Positions 1 through 9,229 of a stretch of DNA of 64,000 nucleotides are shown here, one piece after another; the stretch's first letter is position 1; each line of letters starts with the position of its first letter. The position numbers and the translations under genes are program-made. The notes beneath the pieces are model-generated. The model was given only the letters and a program-made list of their open reading frames with translations, searched no databases and was not told the DNA's origin. This DNA comes from a virus: positions 64,001 through 128,000 of the IMG/VR virus record IMGVR_UViG_3300032268_001078; one strand, given 5' to 3'.

Positions 1-1
1 C

Positions 2-646
2 TTTACCCACTGCTGATTTGTTTACAGATAGTATTTCTTTTACAATGTTAGCAGAAAAAGCCATTGGTTCAATACCTATTGTATATTCACTTGGTTGAAT
101 CATTTTGATTTTATTTGCAAAAGTAGCAGAATCACCTACAGTTAATTCAACATATTTAATACTATCAATATTTTTACATCCAATTTCAAATCTGTTTGGT
201 TTATCTAAAGCTGAATATGCTTTAGTAAAGTTTTTAATAAAATCTTCATCAATTGAAAATTTTACATCATATTCTTCGGGTTCAGTAATATTAGGAACTG
301 AAGGAATTAAATCTTCACTAGATAAATAAAAATCTAAATCAAAATCATTGTCTTTAACTTTTAATTGATATGGAATACCCTGATTTCCAGTAATTACATC
401 AATATTGACCATAGCTATATCCATAATTCCCAACAACTTATTAAATTGAGATGTTGAATAAATACTTATGTTATTTGCGCCGAGTCCTAGATCTTTTGTA
501 GTAGATACCGAACCAGCACAGTCTTTAGTTGGAGTAACAAATTCTACGCGTATTCCGTCGTTTTCTGTACTATTCCATGTAACGGATTCTATTAAACCAT
601 TTAAATGATATTTATCAATAATTTGAGTTAAATTTTTCTTTTCCAT
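2..646 (-). CDS. gp45: DNA polymerase sliding clamp (T4 gp45-like), 3'-truncated by the window edge
   Basis: Not in the ORF track. Manual translation from the ATG at 646 gives MEKKNLTQIIDKYHLNGLIESVTWN...FSANIVKEILSVNKSAVGK, open to position 2. It resembles phage clamp sequences, lies near polB and follows a TTGGTT-17-TATATT promoter. Confidence 0.65.
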   Translation of the reverse strand, partial: MEKKNLTQIIDKYHLNGLIESVTWNSTENDGIRVEFVTPTKDCAGSVSTTKDLGLGANNISIYSTSQFNKLLGIMDIAMVNIDVITGNQGIPYQLKVKDNDFDLDFYLSSEDLIPSVPNITEPEEYDVKFSIDEDFIKNFTKAYSALDKPNRFEIGCKNIDSIKYVELTVGDSATFANKIKMIQPSEYTIGIEPMAFSANIVKEILSVNKSAVGK

Positions 647-659
647 AACTTATATTAAT

Positions 660-693
660 AATATAATAAAAAAGGCTTGGAAAACCAAGCCTC
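660..693 (-). promoter_or_regulatory. Composite terminator hairpin and promoter (TTGGTT-17 bp-TATATT)
   Basis: Sense strand GAGGCTTGG-TTTT-CCAAGCC-TTTTTT-ATTATATT; -35 at 683-688, -10 at 660-665. Confidence 0.75.
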
Positions 694-698
694 TTATT

Positions 699-2060
699 TT
701 ATCTTACTACTTTTCCAGCTTTTGTGTCTGGTTTTGGTTTGAGATTTGTTCCAGATAAACTCAAAATTCCTGTTACTGTTAAATTATCAGGTAATTCTCT
801 TAGTTTTGAATTTGTTAAATCCAAGTCTCCATTAATTGTCATATTAGCTGGTAAAGAACTAATATCGGAATCAGATAAATTTAAAGAAGGAACATTTGGA
901 ATTACAGTACCTGCAGGAATGTCTAAATTTAATAATAATCTATATAATGCTGGTATTTTCTTACCTTGAGTATAAGCAAATTTTACTAAGTCCATATAAG
1001 GTAATCTAACTATAACTTTAGTACCAGCGTCTTTACCATCTTGGGTTTTTAATTTATTTGTGTCTTCATCATAGTAAAACAATTTATTTTTTGTTTCATC
1101 ACCAAAATCCATATAAAGTTTATCACCAATTTCATAAACAGGATAACCATTTGGAGATTGACCCTTTTGAAATTTACTTAAATCTAAGCTAAAATTAAAA
1201 CTTGCTGGTGGGATACGACCTTCTTTATCTAATAAGAATTGTAAAAATTTATTTTCTAAGTCTTTATCGTATCTTCCTAATGGAGTGTCAGATTCATCCA
1301 TAAATTGGCCTGATTCATAGTGAAGTTGATATTGTCTTCTTTTATCCCAGTTTTTAAATATATAGTAAGGACCATTTGTTAAATAACTATTAAACATACC
1401 AGTATTTCTAGTACACCACTGTACTCTATAACCAGCATTTGGTGCTTCTTCTCCTGCTCTACTTGGTTCAAAACGTTGTGTTAGATCACCACAACCAGTT
1501 AATGCTTGATATTCTGCTTCACATTCTTTATTGTTTTTACAACTTTGTGGAACTCTATATACAACAAATCCATCTACACTACCAATGGCTTTGATGTTTT
1601 TCATAAATTTGAACTTTTCCGGTCCTAAATTTTCTCCACCACCTTCTCCTTCAATTTTTGCTTTAACAGCTCCTAACATATTTTCAAAATCATTTAAAGA
1701 TTTGAATTGATTGATGTCTTTAGGAATACTTGGATCAACTTTTGCTATTCTTTGTTTAAATCTATCGAAAAATGTTAATAATTCTTTAACTGATTCATTA
1801 TGACCATCTTGAATAAATCTTTTTCTTTCATTACGATCAAGAGCAGTGTATCTAGTTAACATCCATTGTAAGTAGTTTCCATTTGCTGTAGGATCACTAT
1901 CTACTAGAGTTTTAAATTCTCTTTCACTAATTTTTCTTGGATCACCAGCATTCATTCCCATAGGGTCATCTTTAGAAGCTGGAGGGTTAACAAATTTTGC
2001 TTTTAATGCTGCTTCTTTTTCGGCGTTCAAAGCTTCTGCTAAAAGATCTAATAATTTCAT
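699..2060 (-). CDS. Hypothetical 453-aa protein, probably virion-associated, with C-terminal leucine-rich-repeat-like units
   Basis: ORF track. N-terminus MKLLDLLAE; central QWCT...YLTNGPYYIF; C-terminal SLPANMTINGDLDLTNSKLRELPDNLTVTGILSLSGT repeats. ATATTTAT motif upstream. Confidence 0.5.
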   Translation of the reverse strand: MKLLDLLAEALNAEKEAALKAKFVNPPASKDDPMGMNAGDPRKISEREFKTLVDSDPTANGNYLQWMLTRYTALDRNERKRFIQDGHNESVKELLTFFDRFKQRIAKVDPSIPKDINQFKSLNDFENMLGAVKAKIEGEGGGENLGPEKFKFMKNIKAIGSVDGFVVYRVPQSCKNNKECEAEYQALTGCGDLTQRFEPSRAGEEAPNAGYRVQWCTRNTGMFNSYLTNGPYYIFKNWDKRRQYQLHYESGQFMDESDTPLGRYDKDLENKFLQFLLDKEGRIPPASFNFSLDLSKFQKGQSPNGYPVYEIGDKLYMDFGDETKNKLFYYDEDTNKLKTQDGKDAGTKVIVRLPYMDLVKFAYTQGKKIPALYRLLLNLDIPAGTVIPNVPSLNLSDSDISSLPANMTINGDLDLTNSKLRELPDNLTVTGILSLSGTNLKPKPDTKAGKVVR

Positions 2061-2077
2061 AATATAATATAAATATA

Positions 2078-4675
2078 TTAAAAGCTGAAGAATCGCTCAA
2101 CATTTGGGTTTAAAGAAGGAAAACTGTTTGGTCCATATATATCATCATAAATACCTTCTAATTTATTTAACAATACATTATTAAATCCGATGTCAGTATC
2201 TGCAAACTTATCAAGAAATTCAAAAATAAATGGAGGACTATCATTTGTAAACGCTAACACTTCAATTCCATATGGGTTCTTTTTAAGAGGAATAAATTTA
2301 ATTTTATCTCCTTCAGTAATACAAGAGTATTCTTTATCTAAGCCTTTAAATCTTAATAAATCATTATACCAAATACTTGCTTTTGTATTAATAGGACATT
2401 TTAATGCTAATTTACTAAATATTTGACCCGAAGCTGGTGGGCTTGCTATGTAGTTTCTAATTTGTTTTACTCCTGTAGGTTTAGCTAATTTACTATAGTG
2501 AGTTGCTTTGATTTCTTTTCTAAAGTCTTGAATTTTCTTATCAATTTCTTTTTTAGGTTTACCATACATTATATCCATCAATAAACCTTCACCAAATTTT
2601 GAAAACATTGGTGTCATATTTGATTTCATAATGTCCATTCCTTTAATATCTAATTCTTCTGTAGGAACACCTTCTTTATTTACAATAAATTGTGCGTATC
2701 TGCGTTTACCGGCAAAATAACCTCGTTCAAGTACAACTTCTTGTTTTAATTCAAAATAAACATTGTCACAATTAAATTGAGATTTACATAAGTTTTGTAA
2801 GAATGGAGCAGTTTTGTCTTGATATTCTTTAGTAATGTCTAAAGCTACAGGAACTACTTGTTCTCTTGATTTAATGTCAATATCTGGTCTTCTGTGTTTG
2901 ATCAAGTCTTTCATTTCAAAAAACAATGAGTCTGTGTCAGCAGTAACAACATAGTCTTTGTCTGTTTGTAATTCTGTGTTGATTTCTTTGTTTACAAACT
3001 TAATTGATTCTTGGTCTAATCGTTGGCCTGTTAAAGTAATTGCTTTACTAATAAACAAGTTTCCATCACTGTATCTCCAACCATTTTGAGCATAACAACC
3101 ATATAGATCATTAAGCTTAATTTTCATAGCGTGTTGTCTTTTATTATAAAACTCACCAAGTTCCGGGTCTTTCAGCACTTTATATGCTTCCTTCATCTTG
3201 TTTTTATATTCTTTACGTTTTCCAAACCAATCATTTAATACATCAGCTACAATACTATTTTTGTCTGTTCTAAAAATAGTTCCATTTGCTGAAATGACCA
3301 TATTTTTTGTTTCAACAAATTTAATAAGATCACCTACATTCATTTCCATTTGTTGGACTCTACGGTCTGCTGTTACTCGTTCAATTGTTAAGATTTTAGT
3401 TGGGTTTAATTGTTTTAAATCTTCTAAACCCCACTGATTATCATATTTATCCCTATTTTGAATGCAAGCTACAAGTGTTTCAATTCCCATATTAAGATTT
3501 CTAATAATACTAGGATAAAGAGACGTAAAATCTAAATCACTTACCCACTCGTATAAACCAGGCACAGGATCTTTTAAATAACCACCAGCATATTCTTCAT
3601 TTCCTTCCTTCAATGCTGGGTTCATTGTTGTGGGTTTGTTAGGGCTTACGATGTCTTTACGGCGTAAGTATGTTAATATGGCACCTTCATTGAGAGCAGT
3701 ACTATAATAAATATTCTCGTACGAAGTATGGCAAAGATGACAAATATTTTTGGTTAGTTCTATAAACTGAAGCTTATCATCCAATGCTACTAAAATTTCA
3801 ACGTCTCGTAAGTTATAATCAATAAACTTATTGACGTCTTCTTTAAACAAACGATCTAAGCTGCCTTCATATTCTATTTTTCCTAATTTAACATATTTTT
3901 CACCAATTGCTGCTAAAGCATAACTAGGTTCTTGTTTCATAATAAATTTCTTATGAAGCAACATATAATCTAAATGATTTACTCCACAAACTTTAACTGT
4001 AGATTCATCTTGTTGAGTTTTCTTATTGAAAAAATCTTTAATTTGAACGCGTTTTAAGGGAGACAATCGTTTTGCTTGTTGATCTCCTATTACTTGACAC
4101 ATTCTGTGATATAAATAAGGCATATCAAAAAACTGACTATTCCACCCGCTGATTATTGTAGGATCACATTCTTCCCATTTTGATAAAAATCCCATTAATA
4201 ATTCTCTTTCATTATTATATGGAATAATTTCCTTGTTTGGTTCTTCTATGTGTTTTAATTGTTTCTTTTCATCTAAAACCAAACAATAGTATTTTTTTAG
4301 TATAAAATCATAAAGAGCTACTGAAGTGATTTTCATTGGTGCTCGTTTGATGTATTCTGTTGTTAAAGCTCCACCAATTTCACACTCAATATCTAAAAAT
4401 ATTACATTATGCCATTCCGGTACATCATCTTCTTCTTTATAAATGTCTACTAATGCATTTGTTTCAAGAGGAATGTCTATTTCAAAAAATTCTGTTGGTC
4501 TTGTTTTGTCAAAATCTTTACAAGGACTTACTCGTTTTCCATCAATTGTAAAAAACTCACCTTCCTTATCTAATTTATAATAAGTTGGTTTATAATCTAT
4601 TTCTTGCCAACCTAACTTGTCGTCTCTAATAATAATCTTTTTAGTTGTAAAATTAGAATCTATAACTTGATACAT
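2078..4675 (-). CDS. gp43: Family B DNA polymerase (T4 gp43-like) with 3'-5' exonuclease
   Basis: Exonuclease motifs FLDIECE, GWNSQFFDMPY and YNLRDV; polymerase motifs DFTSLYPSII, KIKLNDLYG, TADTDS and KRRYA. Confidence 0.95.
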   Translation of the reverse strand: MYQVIDSNFTTKKIIIRDDKLGWQEIDYKPTYYKLDKEGEFFTIDGKRVSPCKDFDKTRPTEFFEIDIPLETNALVDIYKEEDDVPEWHNVIFLDIECEIGGALTTEYIKRAPMKITSVALYDFILKKYYCLVLDEKKQLKHIEEPNKEIIPYNNERELLMGFLSKWEECDPTIISGWNSQFFDMPYLYHRMCQVIGDQQAKRLSPLKRVQIKDFFNKKTQQDESTVKVCGVNHLDYMLLHKKFIMKQEPSYALAAIGEKYVKLGKIEYEGSLDRLFKEDVNKFIDYNLRDVEILVALDDKLQFIELTKNICHLCHTSYENIYYSTALNEGAILTYLRRKDIVSPNKPTTMNPALKEGNEEYAGGYLKDPVPGLYEWVSDLDFTSLYPSIIRNLNMGIETLVACIQNRDKYDNQWGLEDLKQLNPTKILTIERVTADRRVQQMEMNVGDLIKFVETKNMVISANGTIFRTDKNSIVADVLNDWFGKRKEYKNKMKEAYKVLKDPELGEFYNKRQHAMKIKLNDLYGCYAQNGWRYSDGNLFISKAITLTGQRLDQESIKFVNKEINTELQTDKDYVVTADTDSLFFEMKDLIKHRRPDIDIKSREQVVPVALDITKEYQDKTAPFLQNLCKSQFNCDNVYFELKQEVVLERGYFAGKRRYAQFIVNKEGVPTEELDIKGMDIMKSNMTPMFSKFGEGLLMDIMYGKPKKEIDKKIQDFRKEIKATHYSKLAKPTGVKQIRNYIASPPASGQIFSKLALKCPINTKASIWYNDLLRFKGLDKEYSCITEGDKIKFIPLKKNPYGIEVLAFTNDSPPFIFEFLDKFADTDIGFNNVLLNKLEGIYDDIYGPNSFPSLNPNVERFFSF

Positions 4676-4682
4676 CTGTTAT

Positions 4683-4716
4683 AGTATAAGAAAGGGTTGA
4701 CAAAATGCCAACCCTC
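4683..4716 (-). promoter_or_regulatory. Composite terminator hairpin and promoter (TTGGCA-17 bp-TATACT) for polB
   Basis: Sense GAGGGTTGGCATTTTGTCAACCCTTTCTTATACT; the stem contains a G-U pair; -35 at 4706-4711, -10 at 4683-4688. Confidence 0.75.
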
Positions 4717-4742
4717 TTTAAATATTTTTATTAATTTTATTA

Positions 4743-7733
4743 TTAAACTATTCTTATAACTTTAGCTCCACTTACAATATCTGTATATAAGTCACCTGAA
4801 CTTAGATTAGGAAAATCTGCACTTGTTGGTAAGTTTTTAATATTAACTATTGTTGCTCTATTAGCTGCTATTAATGTTGAATTTGTACTTCTATAAACAC
4901 TAAATCCACTTACTCTAGTTAAGCTAGTTCCTGTACCTACAATAAAGGCTGCTGTTAAATTACTTTCAGTATTATATTGACCTACAACTGTAGTATAACT
5001 TCCACTTGCAATTGTAGCTAAACCTTCTGCATGAGTTGCTGTTCCTTTGGCTGTTGTTTGATAACCTTCAGCGTGTGAATACATTCCTAAAGCTCTAGTT
5101 TGGTAACCTTCACTATGTGAACCACTAGCTAATGTTTCAGTGACAGTTTGAATACCTTCAGCGTGTGAAGCATTTCCTTTAGCTGTACTATAATAACCTT
5201 CAGCATGTGTATTTTCTCCATAAGCATTAGCAGCTCTACCTTCAGCATGTGAGTAGTCTCCGTCTGTTCGTGTACTACCCCCTTCAGCATGTGACCAAGC
5301 TCCATTAGCAAATGTACTAACACCTTCAACATGTGATGCATAAGCAGCTGCTACAGTGTCACACCCTTCTGAGTGTGAATGTTCACCACCAGCTGTTGTT
5401 CTATCTCCTTCAGCATGGCTATCATTACCTTCAGCATATGAACCTGTTCCTTCTGCATGTGAATAGTTTCCTCCTGCTGTATTAGCTCTACCTTCCGCAT
5501 GTGAATAGTTTCCTTTTGCTGTATTACCTAAACCTTCAGCATGAGAATAAGCTCCTGCTGCTTCATTTCCTAAACCTTGAGCGTATGAAAATATTCCACT
5601 TGCTGTTAGACGAAGACCATGTGTCATAGTAGCTCCTAAAGTAAATGAACCTGTTTTATTTCTTATTCCACCTTGTGAAGCCGGTAAACTTACATCTAAA
5701 CTACATGAAGTATGATTATCTCTTGTTGTAACTGATTGCCAATTTTCAATTGGTGGTGTAGATCCAGTATTTACTGTTACTAATACTCCATCTGAACCAC
5801 TTAATATTACATTTACTCCACTGCCTGTAAAATTCCAAACTGTAGTAGTAAGATTAACTAATGATCCACTATAATAAACACTACTTGTATTATTATAATA
5901 ATAAGATTGAGTTACATTTGTAATAGAACTAGTATAAGATTGAGTTACATTTGTAATAGAACTAGTATAAGATTGAGTTACATTTGTAATAGAACTAGTA
6001 TAAGATTGAGTTACATTTGTAATAGAACTACTGTAAATATTATTTACTACACTACTTGTATTATTAGTAATAATAATAGAACTTGTATAAAATGATTGAG
6101 ATACTGAAGATGTATAATTATTAATTGTTGTTCCTCCACCACTTCCACTAGTAACTAAAGAACTAGTAGGCATGTAAAACAATTGACCATTTGTTGGGTT
6201 TATACTAATTACATTTGGTAATACATTTACAGTTAAATCAGGCATATAAATACTTTGACTTAATCCAATAAATGTTTTATTAAAAATAGCTAAGTCTCTT
6301 CTAGCTCCACTACTTCCACTTCCATTACCAATAATAAATAAATCATTATCTTGTGGTCTATCTAAATTATAATGACCTACTACGTTCACATATGAACTAG
6401 ATGCTATTGTAAACCAACCAGCAGTGTGAGAACCATCTCCTATAGTTGTAGTATTAACACCTTCAGCATGTGAATACTGTGCTAATGTAGTTGTTCCTAA
6501 ACCTTCAGCATGAGATGAATCTGCTAATGTAGTTGTATTGTATCCTTCTGCGTGTGAATAGTTACCTGCTCCGTCTGTGCCAGATAATATTTCACCGGCT
6601 AATGTGCCATATCCTTCAGCATGAGCCCAACGTCCACTACCTCCAGTGGTTGTTTGATAACCTTCAGCATGTGAGTATTCTCCTATAGATATTGTACTGT
6701 CTCCTTCAGTGTGTGACCATGAACCTGATGATATTGTATTATATCCTTCAGCATGTGAAATACTTTTTGCTTTAGTATTTTGACCTTCAGCATGAGAATA
6801 AGCTCCTATTGCTGTAGTTTGTCTACCTTCAGCATGTGAGTAATTTCCTATAGCTGTTGTTTGATAACCTTCAGTGTGACTTGCTTCTCCTTTTGTTAAT
6901 GTTCCATAACCTTCAGCATGTGAATATTGAAAAGCTGCTGTTGTAAATGCTCCTTCAGTGTGTGAGCTTGTTGCTCCTAAAGCTACAGTTGTACCATAAC
7001 CTTCTGAGTGTCCACCATATCCTATTACTGTGGTACCTCTACCTTCAGCATGACCTTTACCACCATTTCCATGTCCACTCGGACCTCCATTTCCATCTGT
7101 TACTGTTCTATATCCTTCTGTGTGTGACCTCCAACCACCAGCAGTTGTTTCAAAGCCTTCAGCATGTGATCCATTACCTAATGCTTTAGTGGATACACCT
7201 TCAGCATGAGTTGAATCTCCCTGAGCATACGTGCTAAATCCTTTTGCGTGTGAATAATCTCCTTTTGCTTCAGTTCCACCACCTTCAGCGTGTGAATTAT
7301 CTCCTGATGCTATTGTTGAACTACCTTCAGCATGTGAATAATCTCCTGATGATACTGTTGAATTGCCTTCAGCATGACTATATTGACCACTTGCATCATT
7401 ATTATTTTTTCCATTCACCATACTTCCGGTAATAGATACAAATCCATTTTGGTTGAATGGTCCTGTATTATCTAAAGTATTACTACTTGAAATATACAAG
7501 GATCCTGAGATGATAACAGTACTGCCAGAAACAGTAAAAATGTCTCCTAATGAAAAACTACTTGTATTAAAATTAACATCTCCTATAAAAGTAGTACTTC
7601 CTGATAAAGTTATTGTAGAACCTGTAATATTAACAGCACTACCAGACATGGTAGTTGACAGGTATTGAAGATTACCGTCAGCTTCTTCCCAAGTAAGAGC
7701 ACGGTTTAGATTTTCTCTATAAATTAGTGGCAT
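4743..7733 (-). CDS. Adhesin or fibre-like virion protein with two arrays of ~14-aa SHAEG repeats (YadA-head-like beta-roll)
   Basis: About 22 plus 14 S-H-A-E-G-type repeats separated by a Ser/Thr-rich stalk. The N-terminal LTWEEADGNLQYL resembles phage fibre attachment segments. Confidence 0.7.
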   Translation of the reverse strand: MPLIYRENLNRALTWEEADGNLQYLSTTMSGSAVNITGSTITLSGSTTFIGDVNFNTSSFSLGDIFTVSGSTVIISGSLYISSSNTLDNTGPFNQNGFVSITGSMVNGKNNNDASGQYSHAEGNSTVSSGDYSHAEGSSTIASGDNSHAEGGGTEAKGDYSHAKGFSTYAQGDSTHAEGVSTKALGNGSHAEGFETTAGGWRSHTEGYRTVTDGNGGPSGHGNGGKGHAEGRGTTVIGYGGHSEGYGTTVALGATSSHTEGAFTTAAFQYSHAEGYGTLTKGEASHTEGYQTTAIGNYSHAEGRQTTAIGAYSHAEGQNTKAKSISHAEGYNTISSGSWSHTEGDSTISIGEYSHAEGYQTTTGGSGRWAHAEGYGTLAGEILSGTDGAGNYSHAEGYNTTTLADSSHAEGLGTTTLAQYSHAEGVNTTTIGDGSHTAGWFTIASSSYVNVVGHYNLDRPQDNDLFIIGNGSGSSGARRDLAIFNKTFIGLSQSIYMPDLTVNVLPNVISINPTNGQLFYMPTSSLVTSGSGGGTTINNYTSSVSQSFYTSSIIITNNTSSVVNNIYSSSITNVTQSYTSSITNVTQSYTSSITNVTQSYTSSITNVTQSYYYNNTSSVYYSGSLVNLTTTVWNFTGSGVNVILSGSDGVLVTVNTGSTPPIENWQSVTTRDNHTSCSLDVSLPASQGGIRNKTGSFTLGATMTHGLRLTASGIFSYAQGLGNEAAGAYSHAEGLGNTAKGNYSHAEGRANTAGGNYSHAEGTGSYAEGNDSHAEGDRTTAGGEHSHSEGCDTVAAAYASHVEGVSTFANGAWSHAEGGSTRTDGDYSHAEGRAANAYGENTHAEGYYSTAKGNASHAEGIQTVTETLASGSHSEGYQTRALGMYSHAEGYQTTAKGTATHAEGLATIASGSYTTVVGQYNTESNLTAAFIVGTGTSLTRVSGFSVYRSTNSTLIAANRATIVNIKNLPTSADFPNLSSGDLYTDIVSGAKVIRIV
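5901..6030. repeat. 33-bp perfect tandem repeat, about 4 copies, coding (SSITNVTQSYT)n
   Basis: Unit ATAAGATTGAGTTACATTTGTAATAGAACTAGT at 5901, 5934, 5967 and partially at 6000. Confidence 0.95.
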
Positions 7734-7771
7734 AGTCAGTAATAAATATACCCATAATTAATTAGACTAAT

Positions 7772-7945
7772 TTAAAACTGAAATTTTTTGTTTAAAGTTT
7801 TTTTTCTACGAGTACATCCACAGTCTCGTTTTAAGATTTTTGTAAAAAACCAAGTAGTTAGAAGATCTAGTTTAGTATAATAAGTAATTAAAGCAACTAA
7901 GTCGCCTAAACCTTCTAACTTTTGTCCTGGTTGATAACGTTCCAT
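7772..7945 (-). CDS. Small conserved-looking phage protein, 57 aa (GLGD...DCGC..R motif)
   Basis: The track ORF 7772..8020 overlaps dcd. The ATG at 7945 (MERYQPGQKLEGLGD) follows an ATATTTAT motif and is the likelier start. Confidence 0.6.
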   Translation of the reverse strand: MERYQPGQKLEGLGDLVALITYYTKLDLLTTWFFTKILKRDCGCTRRKKTLNKKFQF

Positions 7946-7956
7946 GTTAATAAATA

Positions 7957-8460
7957 TTAACGTTGTTTGTCGTTTTGGAATTGTCCGTTGTAAAGTTTGT
8001 CTTCTGTTACTGGAGTACAATCGTGGAAATACATTTGAGCTACTCTACTATTTTCTTCAATGAATATAGGATAATTTACAAACATATATGTTCCTACATT
8101 ATTTGTTTGAAATCCTGGATCAAAAATACTTGATTGGATTAATGCTCCATTTCTCATCAATGAACTTCTTTGACGAATTAAACCTACTCTATTTGGTGCT
8201 ATATTACAACCTTCATTCATGATTACATCATAAACTCCAGCATATAATAACCATCCAAAACGACCATCAATCATTTGTTTTTCTACTCCAACGTGTTGAT
8301 TTACTTCAGTTTTGTCTTTCAAAACTTTACCTACTCTTCCACCAACTTGATTGATTGCTTTAATTGATAAGTCAAAGCCTACTTGAGCTGGTTTACCATG
8401 TGAATTACTATCTAAAGTAATTAGACCTTCTTCTAATATTTGATCTGCGTTTAATATCAT
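7957..8460 (-). CDS. dcd: dCTP deaminase / dUTPase superfamily protein
   Basis: Motifs GFDLS, RQRSSLMRNG, FDPGF and RVAQM. Confidence 0.8.
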   Translation of the reverse strand: MILNADQILEEGLITLDSNSHGKPAQVGFDLSIKAINQVGGRVGKVLKDKTEVNQHVGVEKQMIDGRFGWLLYAGVYDVIMNEGCNIAPNRVGLIRQRSSLMRNGALIQSSIFDPGFQTNNVGTYMFVNYPIFIEENSRVAQMYFHDCTPVTEDKLYNGQFQNDKQR

Positions 8461-9188
8461 ATTTCTTTATTTTTGTTTTTATAATAATTTTTATTTAGAT
8501 ATTTGTAATCACTTTTTTCATCTTTAAGTAATTTGAACATTTTAGTGATACCTATATTATTACTTAATCTACATTCTTTAACTGAGTTATAAGTAGTGTT
8601 AGTACTTATTTTTAAAACTTGGTTTCCTGTTTTTGGACCAGCTCCTAATTTTGGTATTCCTTTTCCACCAGCTCCTGGTTTTGGTTTTCCTTTTTGTTTT
8701 AAATCAGGTTTTCCTTTTCTTTTACTGGGGATTCCTGTTTTTACTATGCTTAGATTTTTACAATGTTCTTCAGTTTTTTTCTTTCCGGTTAATTTTTTAC
8801 TTACATTAGGTTTTTTAGAGTTTCTTTGAGCAATACTAGCCGCGTCTGAATGTGTTCCTGTTCTAGATTCAGTTATTTTTGATCCTCTATTTAAGTATTT
8901 TTCTGTTTTTGTAGGTCCATTAATACTTCCAAAACTTTTATTAGTTTTATTGTAAAACAAACCATTATTAGCCGCGTCGTAATACTCTAACCAATAAATT
9001 TCTCTTTCATTTAAATGTTTCAAATCGATACAATGTTCTAATATTTCTTTTTTAAAATTATGTTTACCAATTTTTTTTAAAGCTTTTTTAAACTCCGTAC
9101 CACCACCATAATAAGAAGAAATATTGTTTCTGTCTTTTCCTAGGTATTTCATACCATCAATCAAATTAGTTGTTATGTAAATAATCAT
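8457..9188 (-). CDS. GIY-YIG homing endonuclease (Seg-like) with NUMOD3-like basic repeats
   Basis: N-terminal IIYITTNLIDGMKYLGK...YYGGG, E-x-YW and YN; Lys/Gly/Pro-rich repeats; overlaps the dcd start by ATGA. Confidence 0.85.
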   Translation of the reverse strand: MIIYITTNLIDGMKYLGKDRNNISSYYGGGTEFKKALKKIGKHNFKKEILEHCIDLKHLNEREIYWLEYYDAANNGLFYNKTNKSFGSINGPTKTEKYLNRGSKITESRTGTHSDAASIAQRNSKKPNVSKKLTGKKKTEEHCKNLSIVKTGIPSKRKGKPDLKQKGKPKPGAGGKGIPKLGAGPKTGNQVLKISTNTTYNSVKECRLSNNIGITKMFKLLKDEKSDYKYLNKNYYKNKNKEI

Positions 9189-9229
9189 ACATTAATAAAT
9201 ATGAAACACCTAGTAGAGTGACAAAAATA

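Noticed and set aside
5901-6030. 33-bp repeats as a possible CRISPR array
   Set aside because: The units are directly adjacent with no spacers, stay in frame within a CDS, and no cas genes are present.
7946-8020. N-terminal extension of the track ORF 7772..8020
   Set aside because: It overlaps dcd out of frame and spans the late motif; the ATG at 7945 fits better.
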